Of a stretch of DNA of 64,000 nucleotides, positions 1 to 12,910 are shown in pieces. Each line of letters begins with the position of its first letter. Position 1 is the first letter of the stretch. The stretch lies in assembly GCF_006345805.1 (NCBI RefSeq), contig NC_043005.1, positions 16,802,001 to 16,866,000 on the forward strand, given 5' to 3'. The notes beneath the pieces were generated by a model, which did not search any database, was not told the origin of the DNA, and was given only the letters and a program-made list of their open reading frames with translations. Both the position numbers and the translations under genes were made by a program. This stretch comes from Octopus sinensis (lineage: Eukaryota).

Positions 1-2020
1 CGAATTAGGAATAAAATAATTGGGTTTCTCTGTGTGGATGGTAGGGTAGATAGATGGGCATAATGATAGTGAGGTTATTATTGGACAACTGACTTAAAGA
101 TTATATAAGTTCAGATCTTACTATTGCCATGGTATCATGTTCCTTGGTATGGACTTATCTAACTCTAAATAAAGATATGAAAACAAAAGAACTGGTTTCA
201 CTTTACAGCTGAGGCCTGGAAACAATTTGAGAAATTGAGCAGTGGGTGTAAAAATGTGGTATAGGTTTCAGTGTATAAGGATGTTAAGAGTGCAGGTGTT
301 TCTATGCTGTAAATGGTACGGATTTATGACTAAGCCTTCACTTGCAAATGGTTGTCAACTTAGTTGTAAATAAACTTGCTGTTATAAAGTCAGTTTGTAG
401 TACTTAAAGACAAATCACTTTAGTGTACACTTAGTGGTAGTCATACTCCCAAGACCAACCATTGACTATCATTGGTTTATATGTTAACCCTCTTGGGACA
501 CCTGGGTTGATTGATCAGCCCGAGTGACACAAGCTGAAAAGATCTTGTGGCCAATCCATTGACCCAATGAAACAAATGTTTTGAAATGTAATAGCCAATC
601 AGATATCGTCTTTCAGTAGATATAATTTAAAACTATATAATATAGTTTTACATACTGTACTTTATCCTTTGTTTTCTACATGCACCTGATATTGTAACTG
701 TTATTTACTATGTTTTCCTTATTTAAGATTGTAGGATGTAATTTGATGGAAATTTGACTACTATTTCTAGCAGATTGGGCTACTTTATAGAGACTCCACT
801 CATTGGCTCCTGTTTCAGCAAAATCTCATTAGCAAACTCTATACATCTTGGCAAGCAGGAGCAGCTATTTAGTATCAACAACATTGACATTAATTACCAT
901 GGGAAACACTCCCTGTTGCTGGCTACTTTTACTTTATCAGAGCTATGGCCTGAAGGTAGCTTGAAAGATGGAGCTTCAACATTGTCACTTGATTTACTAA
1001 AAATGATAGCCAAATTTACTTCAAAATATCTCTCAGCTTCACAAAAAGGTAAAAAAAAAAAAAACTCATGTTGGATTGATGTTCCTGATGTATAAAAAAA
1101 ATTACATCAGAGATGATGGGAATGGAATACCTTTAATCAGATGAGAATGGGATACCTTTCATCATAGGCCTATTCATTAAGGAGGGCTGGCTGGTCTGAG
1201 ATTTAAAGAATGATGAATGATTATTGAAATCTATGGTCTGTGTGGGGATGGTATATTGTTTGTAAGATTCAAGGCCTAAAAATACTTAGATGACTGCCCC
1301 CCCACCCCCAACCGACTCCATGCTTCTCTTTAGGGACTTTGAACACACCTAGTGATTTACATAGAAATTGAAATAAACAACCTGCTATCTTTTTCTTTCT
1401 CACCTGTTCTTTTATCCTTTTGGTATGTGATATAGGGTGTGCAAGGTTTAATTTCCACATACCAACTAGATTTTTTTTGTTATTGTCATAGTATTTAAGG
1501 GCCTTGTCAGCTAACAGCTTTTCTTCTCTTTCCTCTTCCTCCCTCTTTGTTCCCCCTCCTTTGTCCCCCCCCCATTTCATTAGCCCTAGGGGGGACAGTA
1601 GATAAATTTTGACACTCCCAGGATATAACCATAGTTTTCTTTCACATAGTTTTCTCTGTAATTAACTTCAGTGAAGTGTTTTTCACAGGTGTGTGTGTGT
1701 ATGTGTGTCATAAGATAGCATCCAAAATATTTTTCTCAAACAATGGTCTTGATTTTCTTTGGAGGAGGGACACTGTCACTACTACCCTGCAATACATTTA
1801 ATTAAAATCCTGAAGAGAGGTAGTAATTAAAGTAGACACCTAGATACTGTGAGGTCAATTACAAGCTGATGTGTTGTGGTTTTTGTAAAGCAACATAGAC
1901 AATCTTCATTAAAACTTATTGAAAACAAATACTGACTGTTCAAGTAATTGCAGATTTGTAAAATAGTTTAATTTCTTAGTAGAAAGAACAGGTGTAAAAG
2001 CGTCTACTTCTCTCTCTTCT

Positions 2021-2215
2021 CTCTTTTACTTGTTTCAGTCATTTGACTGCGGCCATGCTGGAGCACCACCTTTAATCGAGCAAATCGACCCGGGACTTAT
2101 TCTTTTGTAAGCCCAGTACTTATTCTATCGGTCTCTTTTTGCCGAACCGCTAAGTAACGGGGTCATAAACACCAGCATTGGTTGTCAAGCAATGCTAGGG
2201 AGACAAACACACACA

Positions 2216-2262
<47 letters not shown>

Positions 2263-2405
2263 GACAGGCTTCTTTTAGTTTCCGTCTACCAAATCCACTC
2301 ATAAGGCTTTGGTCGGCCCGAGGCTCAAGGTGCCATGCAGTGGGACTGAACCCAGAACCATGTGGTTGGTAAACAAGCTACTTACCACACAGCCACTCCT
2401 GAGCC
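2021..2405 (-). mobile_element. tRNA-derived SINE family A copy (small internal deletion)
   Basis: Reverse strand starts GGCTCAGGAGTGGCTGTGTGG (A box) ... GGTTCAGTCCC (B box), has an internal (TA)n and a GTAAAAGA-type tail. More than 15 copies occur in the window. Confidence 0.9.
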
Positions 2406-2653
2406 TACTAATTTTCTCTATATTTCCTGCAACCTGTTGGCTTAATCTCAGGTCATGTGTATTAAAAACCTTTCATCAAAGTATTCCATCCATGACTTTC
2501 CCCCTCTGCTTAGAGCAGCTATTCCTAACGTTTTTGCACTCGTGACCCCTTACCCAAAAAGTTATTCCCATGGAAATCCATAGGGTTATTGTTTCTGTTG
2601 TTGTAAATAACGAGCAGTAAATGAATTATGTTTCATTGAACAGCAGCAAATTA

Positions 2654-2872
2654 ACACATTATTTACATTCGACGGATATTTGTCCTCATCTTGTTTGTTG
2701 TTAACACAATGTTTCAGCTGATATACCCTCCAGCCTTCTTCGGGTGTCTTGGGGAAATTTCGAACCTGGGTTTTCATTCCTAAGGTATTTTTTGATATTA
2801 TTGTTCAGGTCACTGCTTGGAATCGAACTCGAAATTTTGGGGTTAGTACCCCTCGCTCTTAACCACTACGCC
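2654..2872 (-). mobile_element. tRNA-headed element carrying a hammerhead motif (copy 1)
   Basis: Minus strand begins TGGCGTAGTGG (A box) ... GAGTTCGATTCC (B box). The body is the reverse complement of the copy starting at 2948. Confidence 0.8.
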
Positions 2873-2947
2873 AAAGCTTTGTGAGTGGATCTGTTAGATG
2901 GAAACTGAAAGAAGTGTGTGTGTGTGTGTGTGTCTATCCCCCACTAT

Positions 2948-3164
2948 GAGTTCGATTCCAAGCAGTGACCTGAACAGTAATAATAATCACAATATTGAAA
3001 AATACCTTAGGAACGAGAACCCAGATTCAAAATTTCCCCAAGACACCTGAAGAAGGCTGGAGGGTATATCAGCCGAAACGTTAACAACAAACAAGATGAG
3101 GACAAATATCCGTCAAATGTAAATAATGTAAATAATTCCTCATCTCTTAAATATAGAACTGTAA
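2948..3164 (+). mobile_element. tRNA-headed element carrying a hammerhead motif (copy 2, 5' truncated at the B box)
   Basis: Begins GAGTTCGATTCC and is an inverted copy of the 2654-2872 element. Contains CTGAAGA-A-GGCTG..CAGCC-GAAACGTT. Confidence 0.8.
3042..3085 (+). ncRNA. Minimal type-I hammerhead ribozyme motif (degenerate; second copy at 2702-2748 on - strand)
   Basis: Consensus of the two copies: GACAC-CTGAAGA-A-GGCTG-loop-CAGCC-GAAAC-GTT-GTGTT. The + copy lost GTGTT; the - copy has core substitutions. Confidence 0.7.
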
Positions 3165-3311
3165 CAGCAAATTAGCTTGCTTCATATTTCTAAAACTACT
3201 AATGCTGCTCACCTTGAAATTGTCCCATATTAATTAACTTCCTAGGTTTTCAAATCTGTGAAATATTGTTTTATGACAGGTTATTCTTCTGTAAGTCAAG
3301 AATACTGGCAG

Positions 3312-3351
<40 letters not shown>

Positions 3352-3396
3352 TGTTGAAAGCCATAAAACATTCATCACCCACAATGATACTTTTCC

Positions 3397-3981
3397 TCTT
3401 TAGCATTCAGGTTGTCCTGTTAAAGGTAATATTTACTTATTCACATTGTTTTAATTAATCATGCATTATCTTCATAGCTTCAAGATTTTGATAATGTGGT
3501 AGTTTATTTTTAGGATGGTGAAGGTATATGGCTCTGTGGTCAATGTTGGGCTCGCAACCATGAGGTAGTGAGTTCGATTCCCAGACCGGGCTGTGTGTTG
3601 TGTTCTTGAGCAAGACACTTTATTTCATGTTGCTCCAGATCACTCAGCTGTAGGAACAAGTTGCGACGTCATTGGTGCCAAGCTGTATCGGCCCCTTTGC
3701 CTTTTCCTTGGACAACATCAGTGGCATGGAGTGGGGAGGCTGGTATGCATGGGCGACTGCTGGTCATCCATAAACAACTTTGCCCAGACTTTTGCCTAGG
3801 AAGGGAACTTTCTAGGTGCAATCCCATGGTCATTCATGACTGAAGTTTTTTTTGAGGGGGGATCTTTACCCGTTTACCCTACTTTTAAAATGACATTGTA
3901 GGGTAAGTGTGAGGGGTTTGAACAAAAAAGCAGGTAGACTATTTTGGCTGGATATGGCTGGTTTGAATGCTAAAAGGTTAA
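3397..3981. mobile_element. piggyBac-like MITE (family F) interrupted by a SINE
   Basis: CTTTAGCATTCAG...GAATGCTAAAAGGTTAA termini shared with other family F copies; SINE insert at about 3525-3870. Confidence 0.65.
3525..3870 (+). mobile_element. tRNA-derived SINE with CORE/V-like central motif
   Basis: TGGCTCTGTGG A box and GAGTTCGATTCC B box, followed by GTGTTCTTGAGCAAGACACTT. Related to 42848-43075. Confidence 0.75.
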
Positions 3982-4879
3982 ACATTTTTTTTTTTACTGC
4001 ATTATCTTTAGAATAATTTTGCTAAGTTAGGTTGCTTCAGTTTTTTTGTATTGTATGTGAAAATAAAAGCAAAGAATACAAAAAAAAAAGCTGATTGTTC
4101 TGATCTTAATGTTATGTAAGGCTGACCTATCTCTTCTGCTGATCTTATTGTTATATTTATAGCAATATTGATCAACCTGTTTTGTTCTTACTATTATATA
4201 TGTTAGATTGACCTACCTATTCCGTTGTTACTTCTATATATAGTAAGACTGATCTTGTTCTGATTTGATCTTTATGTTTATAATGTAGTAAGACCGACCT
4301 ACCTATTCTGCTATCTTTTTTAACATAAACTAAAGTTACTTAAAGCTCCACCAATCACATACAAATGTAGATTTTGCTAGTTCGTCTGGTTTTCTTCCCC
4401 CATTTTATTAATTCTCATTCACAGTTTAGTCAAGAAGGAGAGACTAGTACATACAGATGTTAGAAATCTCAGACCTATTTATTTTACAATTTATTGTAGT
4501 AGATAGTTGTTGAAGGGGTTTGTCAGTGTGGGTAAATCCAGAACCTTACTTTATATGGCAAATACTATTGTATTATGTTTAGTAAATGTTATCCAATGAT
4601 GGGAGTGTATGATAGGTACAGATTGAGAACCAAGTGGTTGCTAAACAAACTTATTAACCACACGGCCTTGACTACACAGCATTAGTGAAGCCATTATTCA
4701 CCTTCAGTTTTTGTACAGTGTGTTTATCTTAGGGAAACGGTGGGCAAGGAGAGTAAGAGCTCCTCCATTGGAATTGCAGATCTTGGAGATGAAAATTTGT
4801 GGAGTTAAGTTTAGTATGAGGAATTTTTTTTTTTTTTTTTTTTATGGCTAAGACACTGACTCAAGCACTCTCTCTCTCT

Positions 4880-4916
<37 letters not shown>

Positions 4917-5478
4917 TAAAGGATGTTACTAAACAAATGGAACAATTGTTTTTTTTCTTTTTTTTTTTTCAGAATATGTTTTATCCTTTTCCTTGTTTTG
5001 GAAAACGTTGCCAAAATGAATGACTTGTAAATGTTCCCTTCTTCCATTTGGTGTTTATGAATTTTACGACAAGGGATTTCACTGGATGCTAGTTTACATT
5101 AGACTTGACACATTTTTAAAAACATTTTTTAATTGTTCAGAGAGCAGGGAAAAGGCATCACTTTTTTTTTTTTTTTGGCTGGGCCAATGAGGGTGGTGGG
5201 AAGGAAACCGTCAATTGACGGAGTTATCTTCAAACTGGGTGCAACACTTGCGGTAGTAGACTTAGATTAAGGCACTCAAGGGCTTAGAGATAGTGTTGTG
5301 GGGTTTAACCTGATGATGGATTATGTCTCCCTTTCGAATTCTGGTGCAGTCCATCCAACAGACTTCCAAACAATTTCTGCTTGCTGAGCTTGTCAACCCA
5401 AGACTATGGGCATAAGACACTTTCCCATAGCACTGTGCAGTGAGATCAAACCACATGATTGCAAAGTGAATTTCTTAA

Positions 5479-5698
5479 CCCTTTAGTGTTTAAACTGGCC
5501 ATATCCGGCCGAAGTTTTCTACCTATTTTACGTTTAAACTGACCAGATCAGGGCTCTTACACCTAACCTACATTGACATTCTAAAAATGAACAATCACGT
5601 CATTGAAACCTCAAAACTATAAGATAATGCATGATTAATTAAAAACAATTTGAGTAAAAAAATATTACATTTAACAGAGTAATCTGAACACTAAAGGG
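5479..5698. mobile_element. piggyBac-like MITE (family F)
   Basis: TTAA|CCCTTTAGTGTT ... AACACTAAAGGG|TTAA: terminal inverted repeats with TTAA on both sides. Confidence 0.85.
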
Positions 5699-6274
5699 TT
5701 AAACACACATTCATAACCCTACTTCTCTTAACCACACTTCTCTTGGCCTAATTTAAAATGATTTGTTCAGTCCGAAAGGCCAGCACAAGTTTAATGAAAT
5801 GCACATGCTATGAATTATGGTGTAGTGGTTGTTATCACAGAACACAGAATTATCAGAACGCTATTCAAAAATGGCTTTTAAATGGACAACATCAGAGGTA
5901 AAAAACAGAGATGGAAAACTGGATGGCTCAGAACATTCCCAATTGACATGAAAGGGGCTGATATTACATGGCCAGATGCAGAGAAAATCAACAGAAACCA
6001 GTGATGTCAATTTGCTTCCCAGTTTGTTCAAGAGCACAGGAGGAGCCGAGAGTGAGCAATGGTTGTTAGCATGTTTGCCTGTTGAACAAACACAGCACGT
6101 TTCCATTCCAGTCAACGGTGTCTTTGTTGAATCATGATGAGACTATTTTTAGATATGTTTTTGGAGATTTACTCTAATCTCCCTTTAGCATTCAGCTTAC
6201 TTTGTCAAATGTAATATTTATTTATTCACATGCATTTTCTTGTAGATTTGAGATTTCAATGATATTTTTTTTTT

Positions 6275-6483
6275 TTTTTACTTGTTTCAGTCATTTGACT
6301 GTGGCCATGCTGGAGCACCGCCTTTAGTTGAGCAAATCGACCCCCGGGACTTATTCTTTGTAAGCCCAGTACTTATTCTATCGGTCTCTCTTGCCGAACC
6401 GCTAAGTGATGGGGACATAAACACACCAGCATCGGTTGTCAAGCAATGCTAGGGGAACAAACAGACACACAAACACACACACG

Positions 6484-6525
<42 letters not shown>

Positions 6526-6693
6526 CATATATACGACGGGCTTCTTTCAGTTTCCGTCTACCAAATCCACTCACAAGGCATTGGTTGGCCCGAGGCTATA
6601 ATAGACACTTGCCCAAGATGCCATGCAGTGGGACTGAACCTGGAACCATGTGGTTGGTTAGCAAGCTACTTACCACACAGCCACTCCTGTGCC
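6275..6693 (-). mobile_element. SINE family A, inserted in a family F MITE (about 6181-6820)
   Basis: Full-length copy; MITE sequence continues on both sides. Confidence 0.9.
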
Positions 6694-6990
6694 TGATTAT
6701 TTTTGATATGATTATTTTTAGAATAATGTAGGGTAAGTGTGAAAGGCCAGATCCTGCCTGTTTAAATTTAAAGCCAGTAGAATGTTTTTGCTGGATATGG
6801 CTGGTTTAAATGCTTAAGGGTTAATATTCTGTTGAAATTCCACTGATTATTCTCCAGTACCCTTCATGCTTCATATACACTTACTCACCTGACATGAAAT
6901 ACTATAAAAAAAAAAAAAAGCAATCAAATCTCAGCATTTATTGAATTGATATCCATTCACTCCATGTGATTTATTTCATTTGCTCAATAC

Positions 6991-7383
6991 CGCAGGAGTG
7001 GCTGTGTTGTAAGTAGCTTGCTTACCAACTGCATGGTTCCGAGTTCATTCCCACTGCGTGGCACCTTGGGCAAGTGTCTTCTACTATAGCCTCAGGCTGA
7101 CCAAAGCCTTGTGAGTGGATTTGGTAGACGGAAACTGAAAGAAGCCCATCGTATATATATATATATATATATGTATATATGTTTGTGTCTGTCCTCCCAA
7201 CAACGCTTGACAATCGATGTTGGTGTGTTTACGTCCCTGTAACTTAGCGGTTCGGCAAAAGAGACTGATAGAATAAGTACTAGGCTTACAAAGAATAAGT
7301 CCTAGGGGCGATTTGCTCAGCTAGAGGTGGTGCTCCAGCATGGCTGCAGTCAAATGACAAACGAGTAACAGAGTAAAAGAGTA
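6991..7383 (+). mobile_element. SINE family A
   Basis: CGCAGGAGTGGCTGTG head through GAGTAAAAGAGT tail. Confidence 0.9.
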
Positions 7384-7806
7384 CCCTAAAAACAGAATTA
7401 AAAGGAAGACATATTCTTCTCTCCCTCCCTTTTGCAAACTTGAAGTCCCGGAACAAAAGCCTTAATGAGTATTAGGGCAAAGCAGTCATTAATATATGCA
7501 ATGCTGCATGTGACCTACAGATATTTAAAATTTAGAAATATCAATAGATCTATCCCAGGTTGGAATCCTTCCCAAGTGTATGTGATAGTTCTTTTAATAT
7601 AGAGCCACCTGCCAATTTATTCTTCCAGTTAGTACATACGTTGGTGTTTGGTAATTTAGACTAAATAAACACGTCTAAATGTTTCTCTGGCCGGTTTCAT
7701 ATGTTATATATATATATATATATATATATATTTCTTTGAAGCTAATGACTCACAATCCTGCTGGTATGTTTTTCTTGCAATGTGCAAGCCATCAGGCATC
7801 AAAAAG

Positions 7807-7843
<37 letters not shown>

Positions 7844-8358
7844 CACAACACACACACACACACACTTTCTCGTCTTAGTTTGCAAATTTTTATCTATGAA
7901 ATACAGTTTAGACAAGTGTTAACATGAAACTTGATGCCCATGATTAACTCGGTGCTTTCAGCTGAGAGAATATTACAGGAGATACACAAGAACCAAGAGA
8001 TTCTTGTCAAGCTGAGAAGTGAAAAAACAAGACATGGTTGTATGGAAGAGCGTATTTACTGTTCTTATAAATAGTGTGAAATGTCATGTCATTTACAATA
8101 GATAAAATTTGAAAACTTAGATGTAATAGGTTGTTAATGTAACATTGAATGTGTACATGTAGCAGGTTATTTGCACACATGTATACATACATGTACATAT
8201 CCAACCAGAACTAGTTTCACACCCTAGCACATGCATGCATGCAGGCATGCACACACACACACGCATGCATGCAGACGTACACACTCGCATGCATGCAGAC
8301 GTACTCACTCGTGTGCACACATACACACTCACATGCAGGCATGCACACATTCTTGGGC

Positions 8359-8890
8359 AGACATGCACTGCGCTCTCGTGTAGACACGCACTGCGCTCTC
8401 GTGTAGACACGCACTGCGCTCTCGTGTAGACACGCACTGCGCTCTCGTGTAGACACGCACTGCGCTCTCGTGTAGACACGCACTGCACTCTCGTGTAGAC
8501 ACGCACTGCGCTCTCGTGTAGACACGCACTGCGCTCTCGTGTAGGCACGCACTGCGCTCTCGTGTAGGCACGCACTGCGCTCTCGTGTAGACACGCACTG
8601 CGCTCTCGTGTAGACACGCACTGCGCTCTCGTGTAGACACGCACTGCGCTCTCGTGTAGACACATTCTACGCAGACATGCACACACACTCACCTGCACAC
8701 TAACATGCAGACATGCACTGCGCTCTCGTGTAGTCATGCACTGCGCTCTTGTGTAGTCATGCACTGCGCTCTCGTGTAGTCATGCACTGCGCTCTCGTGT
8801 AGTCATGCACTGCGCTCTCGTGTAGTCATGCACTGCGCTCTCGTGTAGTCATGCACTGCGCTCTCATGTAGACATGCACTGTGCTCTCAT
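8359..8890. repeat. 23-bp minisatellite (GCACTGCGCTCTCGTGTAGACAC)n in two sub-arrays
   Basis: About 13 units to 8663, then about 8 variant units (GTAGTCAT) from 8710. Source of the spurious repetitive ORFs. Confidence 0.95.
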
Positions 8891-9868
8891 GCACACACAT
8901 TCTACGCAGACGTGCACAGATGCGCACACACACAAACTCTATTTTAAAAGAATATATGCATAAGCTTTCGTATATGCATCTCTATGAACATGCATACATA
9001 TTTGCACAGTTATATTCACACCTCTGTATACATACATATAACCTATACATATGTACCATACTGTGCTAGTACCACGTAAAAAGCACCCAGCACACTCTGT
9101 AGAGTTGTTGGCATTAGGAAGGGCATCCAGCCATAGAGACCAAACCAAACATCAGACTGGAACGTGGTGCAGCTCACTGGCTTTGCCAGCTCTGGTCAGA
9201 CCAACCATCCCACACCAGCATGGAAAACGGATGTTAAATGAGGATAGGCGTACAACATGTGTATACACATTCCATATCTTTGTAGTTAGCACTAAAATTA
9301 ATAATTAATAATTCCACCAAGTAGTGATTCGGTATGTAAAAGACCATTATCGGTAAATTTAAAACAATATTTATTATAATGAGGGTTAGGCAAAAGAATT
9401 TCTTTTGCCTAACCCTTAAAATAATATATATATTGTTTTATATATATATATATGTTGAAACCATTTGATTGAAATAAGGATGTGTCTAACAATGTACATA
9501 CAAAGAATAGTGCTAGCTGTCAGATTGTATCTTAGAGAAGCTTCTCACAGAGACTTGTGTATTAAAGACCAGAACTAACTCACAATGTTGTCAGTGGATT
9601 GTAAGACACTGTTTTAGCCTAATTTTGTCTCCTTTGTGATGAACCTTGTCACCTTGAAATTTTCAGCTAACAAAACCAATGTTTCTCCGCGACATATTAA
9701 AGCTAAAGCCATTAGTATACATGTTAGATTATGTCATCTTTATTGTAATCTAATTTTGTTTGTTGTGTGTATATTGAATTCCAATTTGTCTAGCTTTCAT
9801 AGAAATCGGTAAATGTTTAGTTTGCTGAACAAATGTTATTTGGCTTAACTCAGAATGTCCAACAGGGT

Positions 9869-9914
9869 TTGTCACTGAGGAGACCAAATTAAGTTGAAAC
9901 AGGGTGTCTGATGG
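9869..9914 (+). ncRNA. Candidate minimal hammerhead ribozyme motif
   Basis: GTCA-CTGAGGA-GAC-caaattaa-GTT-GAAA-CA-ggg-T-GTC-TGAT. The core is complete but the stems are short. Confidence 0.45.
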
Positions 9915-11065
9915 TCCACTGATGACATTCTGAGCAAGCTAAGTGATTTTTAACATGCAAGTCTTTGTGAAGAGTTGCTGACCCACAATATTACAACCAG
10001 AGCCATTGTGCATTTGTACATATGATGTACACATAATCATGTCTACATACACGAGCATGTATTCAAACACAAATCCATGTGTACAATAAACAATGGTATG
10101 TTCATTCAGCTATGCATACATCCGTGTATTTATTCATTCACGTATGTGAAAGCAGATGTGGTGAGGTGAGGAAGTGTGTGTCTATATGTTAACGAGCTTT
10201 CTTTATGTATATATTACATACATAGTCCATTTTGTGTTTACAACCTATTATATCAGTTTTCATCTTTGTGTAATCACGTGACAGTATTTTTTTTTTTTTA
10301 GAACATTTTGTTAATGTTACATTAAGCATCTCTTTCTGTTCTCTTTCTCAAGTGCTTCATTAAACTCTGAGTAACTCCTGTAGTATTCTCTGTTAAAACC
10401 AAAATTATATCCTACGTGACATACCGTTCTCTTTACCGCATTTGTAGAGCTGAATACAAACATGTTCAACACTCCTTACGCTTACACAGACATAAACCTG
10501 TAGAGCCATAAACTTATACACACACATATGTATATACACACATACACACACTTGTGTGTGTGTGTATAACTGCACATACGTACACACTGCTTATAATATA
10601 CATGTCTTAATTATTGCTTGTGTAAATATATTTTATGACTGCTAAAATCTCAGATTAGGAAATATTCCAGCTCTAAATCTTGTTTCAAGAATGAATCATT
10701 TGATGTCTTTCAAGTTATTTTTGAAATATGCTTTTTTTGTTTTTCATGTTTTTAATAAGTAAGCCATTAAATACATTACTAAATATATGTTAATGTTTCT
10801 CACAGCTCCTCCTGTATTTGAGATATGGTTTAACTGCTTTATGAATCATATATCTCGAGTTGTTTATGACGATAGCTCTAGGAGTTTGAAGCCTTAACTA
10901 GAAAAAGTTATTCCAAATGGGAAAGTTAGTGGGTAGATGCAAGGAACATCATAAAGTTAACTAAAATAGATATGCAGTGATGGAGCTATTATAAAATCGT
11001 TTTATTGTCCACATGCTTGCATGGGTCCCTTCTGTTGCCAAACAAGGTTTTATTTTCCAACATCT

Positions 11066-11451
11066 ACAGGAGTGGCCGTGTGGTAAGTAGCTTGCTTACC
11101 AACCACATGGCTCCGGGTTCAGTCCCACTGTGTGGCACGTTGGGCAAGTGTCTTCTATATAGCCTTGGGCCAACCAAAGCCTTGTGAGTGGATTTGGTAG
11201 ACGGAAACTGAAAGAAGCCTATTGCGTATCTATGTGTGTATATGCTTGTGTTTGTCACCCCCTCCAACATTGCTTGACAGCCAATGTAGGTGTGTTTACA
11301 TTCCCATATCTTAGTGGTTCGGCAAAAGAGACTTATAGAATAAGTACTAGGCTTACAAAGAATAAGTCCTGGGGTTGATTTGCTCGACTAAAGGCAGTGC
11401 TCTAGCATGGCCACAATTAAATGACTGAAACAAGTAAAAGAATAAAAGAAT
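11066..11451 (+). mobile_element. SINE family A
   Basis: Full-length copy; TATTT(T)CCAA on both sides is a probable TSD. Confidence 0.9.
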
Positions 11452-12624
11452 ATTTCCAATGAAGAATTGGAAACACACTTCTTCTATGGCAGTGATTCTT
11501 TGCAACCATCACATGCCGTCCCTTACCCTCTATTTGTGTGTGTGTGTATTTGTGTGTATGTGTGTGTGTCTATATATATATATATGCAGCATGCTTCCCT
11601 TTTGGTTTGGTTGGCTTGAGATAATAGAAAACATTTGCCTTAAGTGCTGTGCAGTGGGACTAAATCTGAGACCATGTGGTTGGCAAGAAAATTTCCTGAT
11701 CTCATAACATCCATAACCATGCTTGTCTCTCTCTCACTCACTCACACACACACACACACACACACAGGGACATATTTTCAGTTGCTCTTTTTGGGGTTTT
11801 TTTTTTCCTCAGCAATTAAGACAACTGGCAATATTTTTACTCTTATTCTGACCTCATCAGCAAAGCATGGCTTTTATTGTATTTGCTGAATTAGAGATGA
11901 AAGAAAGTATAATTACTAGTTTTATATATTTGCTGATATAGAAGAAAAAAAAATAGTTTATAAAATAAAGTTGTTGTTTACCTCTGTATGAAAAACAAAA
12001 GGTTTAATGGCCTAAGATACACTGGAGGGCCTATTGTCTATGTTCTTTCTCATAATAAATTGGGAATTAACATTAATTTAAGCTCCTTCCTCTTAAAAAA
12101 AAAATTTTTTCTAGACTATACTGATACTGTATTTTTTTTAGTATGGGAGTGGAAAAATAATTGGGGTTGTGGGTGGGTGGGTTTCTACTTGTTTTAAGAT
12201 CCCTTAGATAAAGGTCATAACAAACAATAAAATTACTTTGACAAGGTCAAAGTAATATGTTCATCATAGTCTGTATGTGTGGGAGAGTTGCATTTACTTT
12301 AAAGCGCAATTCACACACGTATATGTACACACACACACTTGCTCTGTGTGTGTGTGTGTGTGTGTATAATATATAACTTTGCCTAAAACATTCCCATCAC
12401 TGTGTGTGTGTGTGTGTGTGCGCGTGTGATATATTTTACCTTTTAGTTGTATCAGTCATTAGACTGTTGCCATGCTGGAGCACCACCTTGAATTTTGAGT
12501 ACAATGTATCAACCACAACACGCTTTTTAAAGCGTGGTACTTATTCGGTCTTGTTTTTCATAAGTTTTGAATTAAAATCTTCCACCAAACCTTAGTCACA
12601 GTTTATGTTCCTAACACTAGCTTA

Positions 12625-12910
12625 AAACACATAAAGCGCGACGGGCCACGATCATGGCCTGTCGACCATGATTGTGGCCTGTCGACCATGATCGTGGCCC
12701 AGATAGATGCGATTAATTTATGGGCGTTTGTTGGGGTCTAATGTCACTCAAATGCTCTGATAGTCCAACTAATGAATTTTCAGATGTAAAACTTGCCACT
12801 CTTATATACCAAGAAGATATTTTAACTATTTTTTGCGTGGTAGTCTCATTTTCATAGACTGTTCTCAGCAGTCCCTGCTATATTAATGCAAATCCCAGTG
12901 CTTTATGGGT
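12625..12910. mobile_element. piggyBac-like MITE with a short internal ~20-bp tandem repeat
   Basis: TTAAAACACATAAAGCGC ... GTGCTTTATGGGTTAA inverted ends; about 3 copies of CCATGATCGTGGCCTGTCGA. Confidence 0.55.

Noticed and set aside
5262-5456. ORF containing DIIHH, reminiscent of the afadin N-terminus
   Set aside because: Wrong strand and no surrounding similarity; coincidental.
7755-7800. Hammerhead-like motif on the - strand between (TA)n tracts (CTGATGG-CTTGCA/TGCAAG-AAAAAC)
   Set aside because: Core A9 is substituted and stems I/III are not convincing; at most a decayed relic.
8117-8764. Long repetitive ORFs (also at 45765, 46292, 50602, 60775 and 63460)
   Set aside because: They are translations of mini/microsatellites, open in several frames, with no splice or domain evidence.
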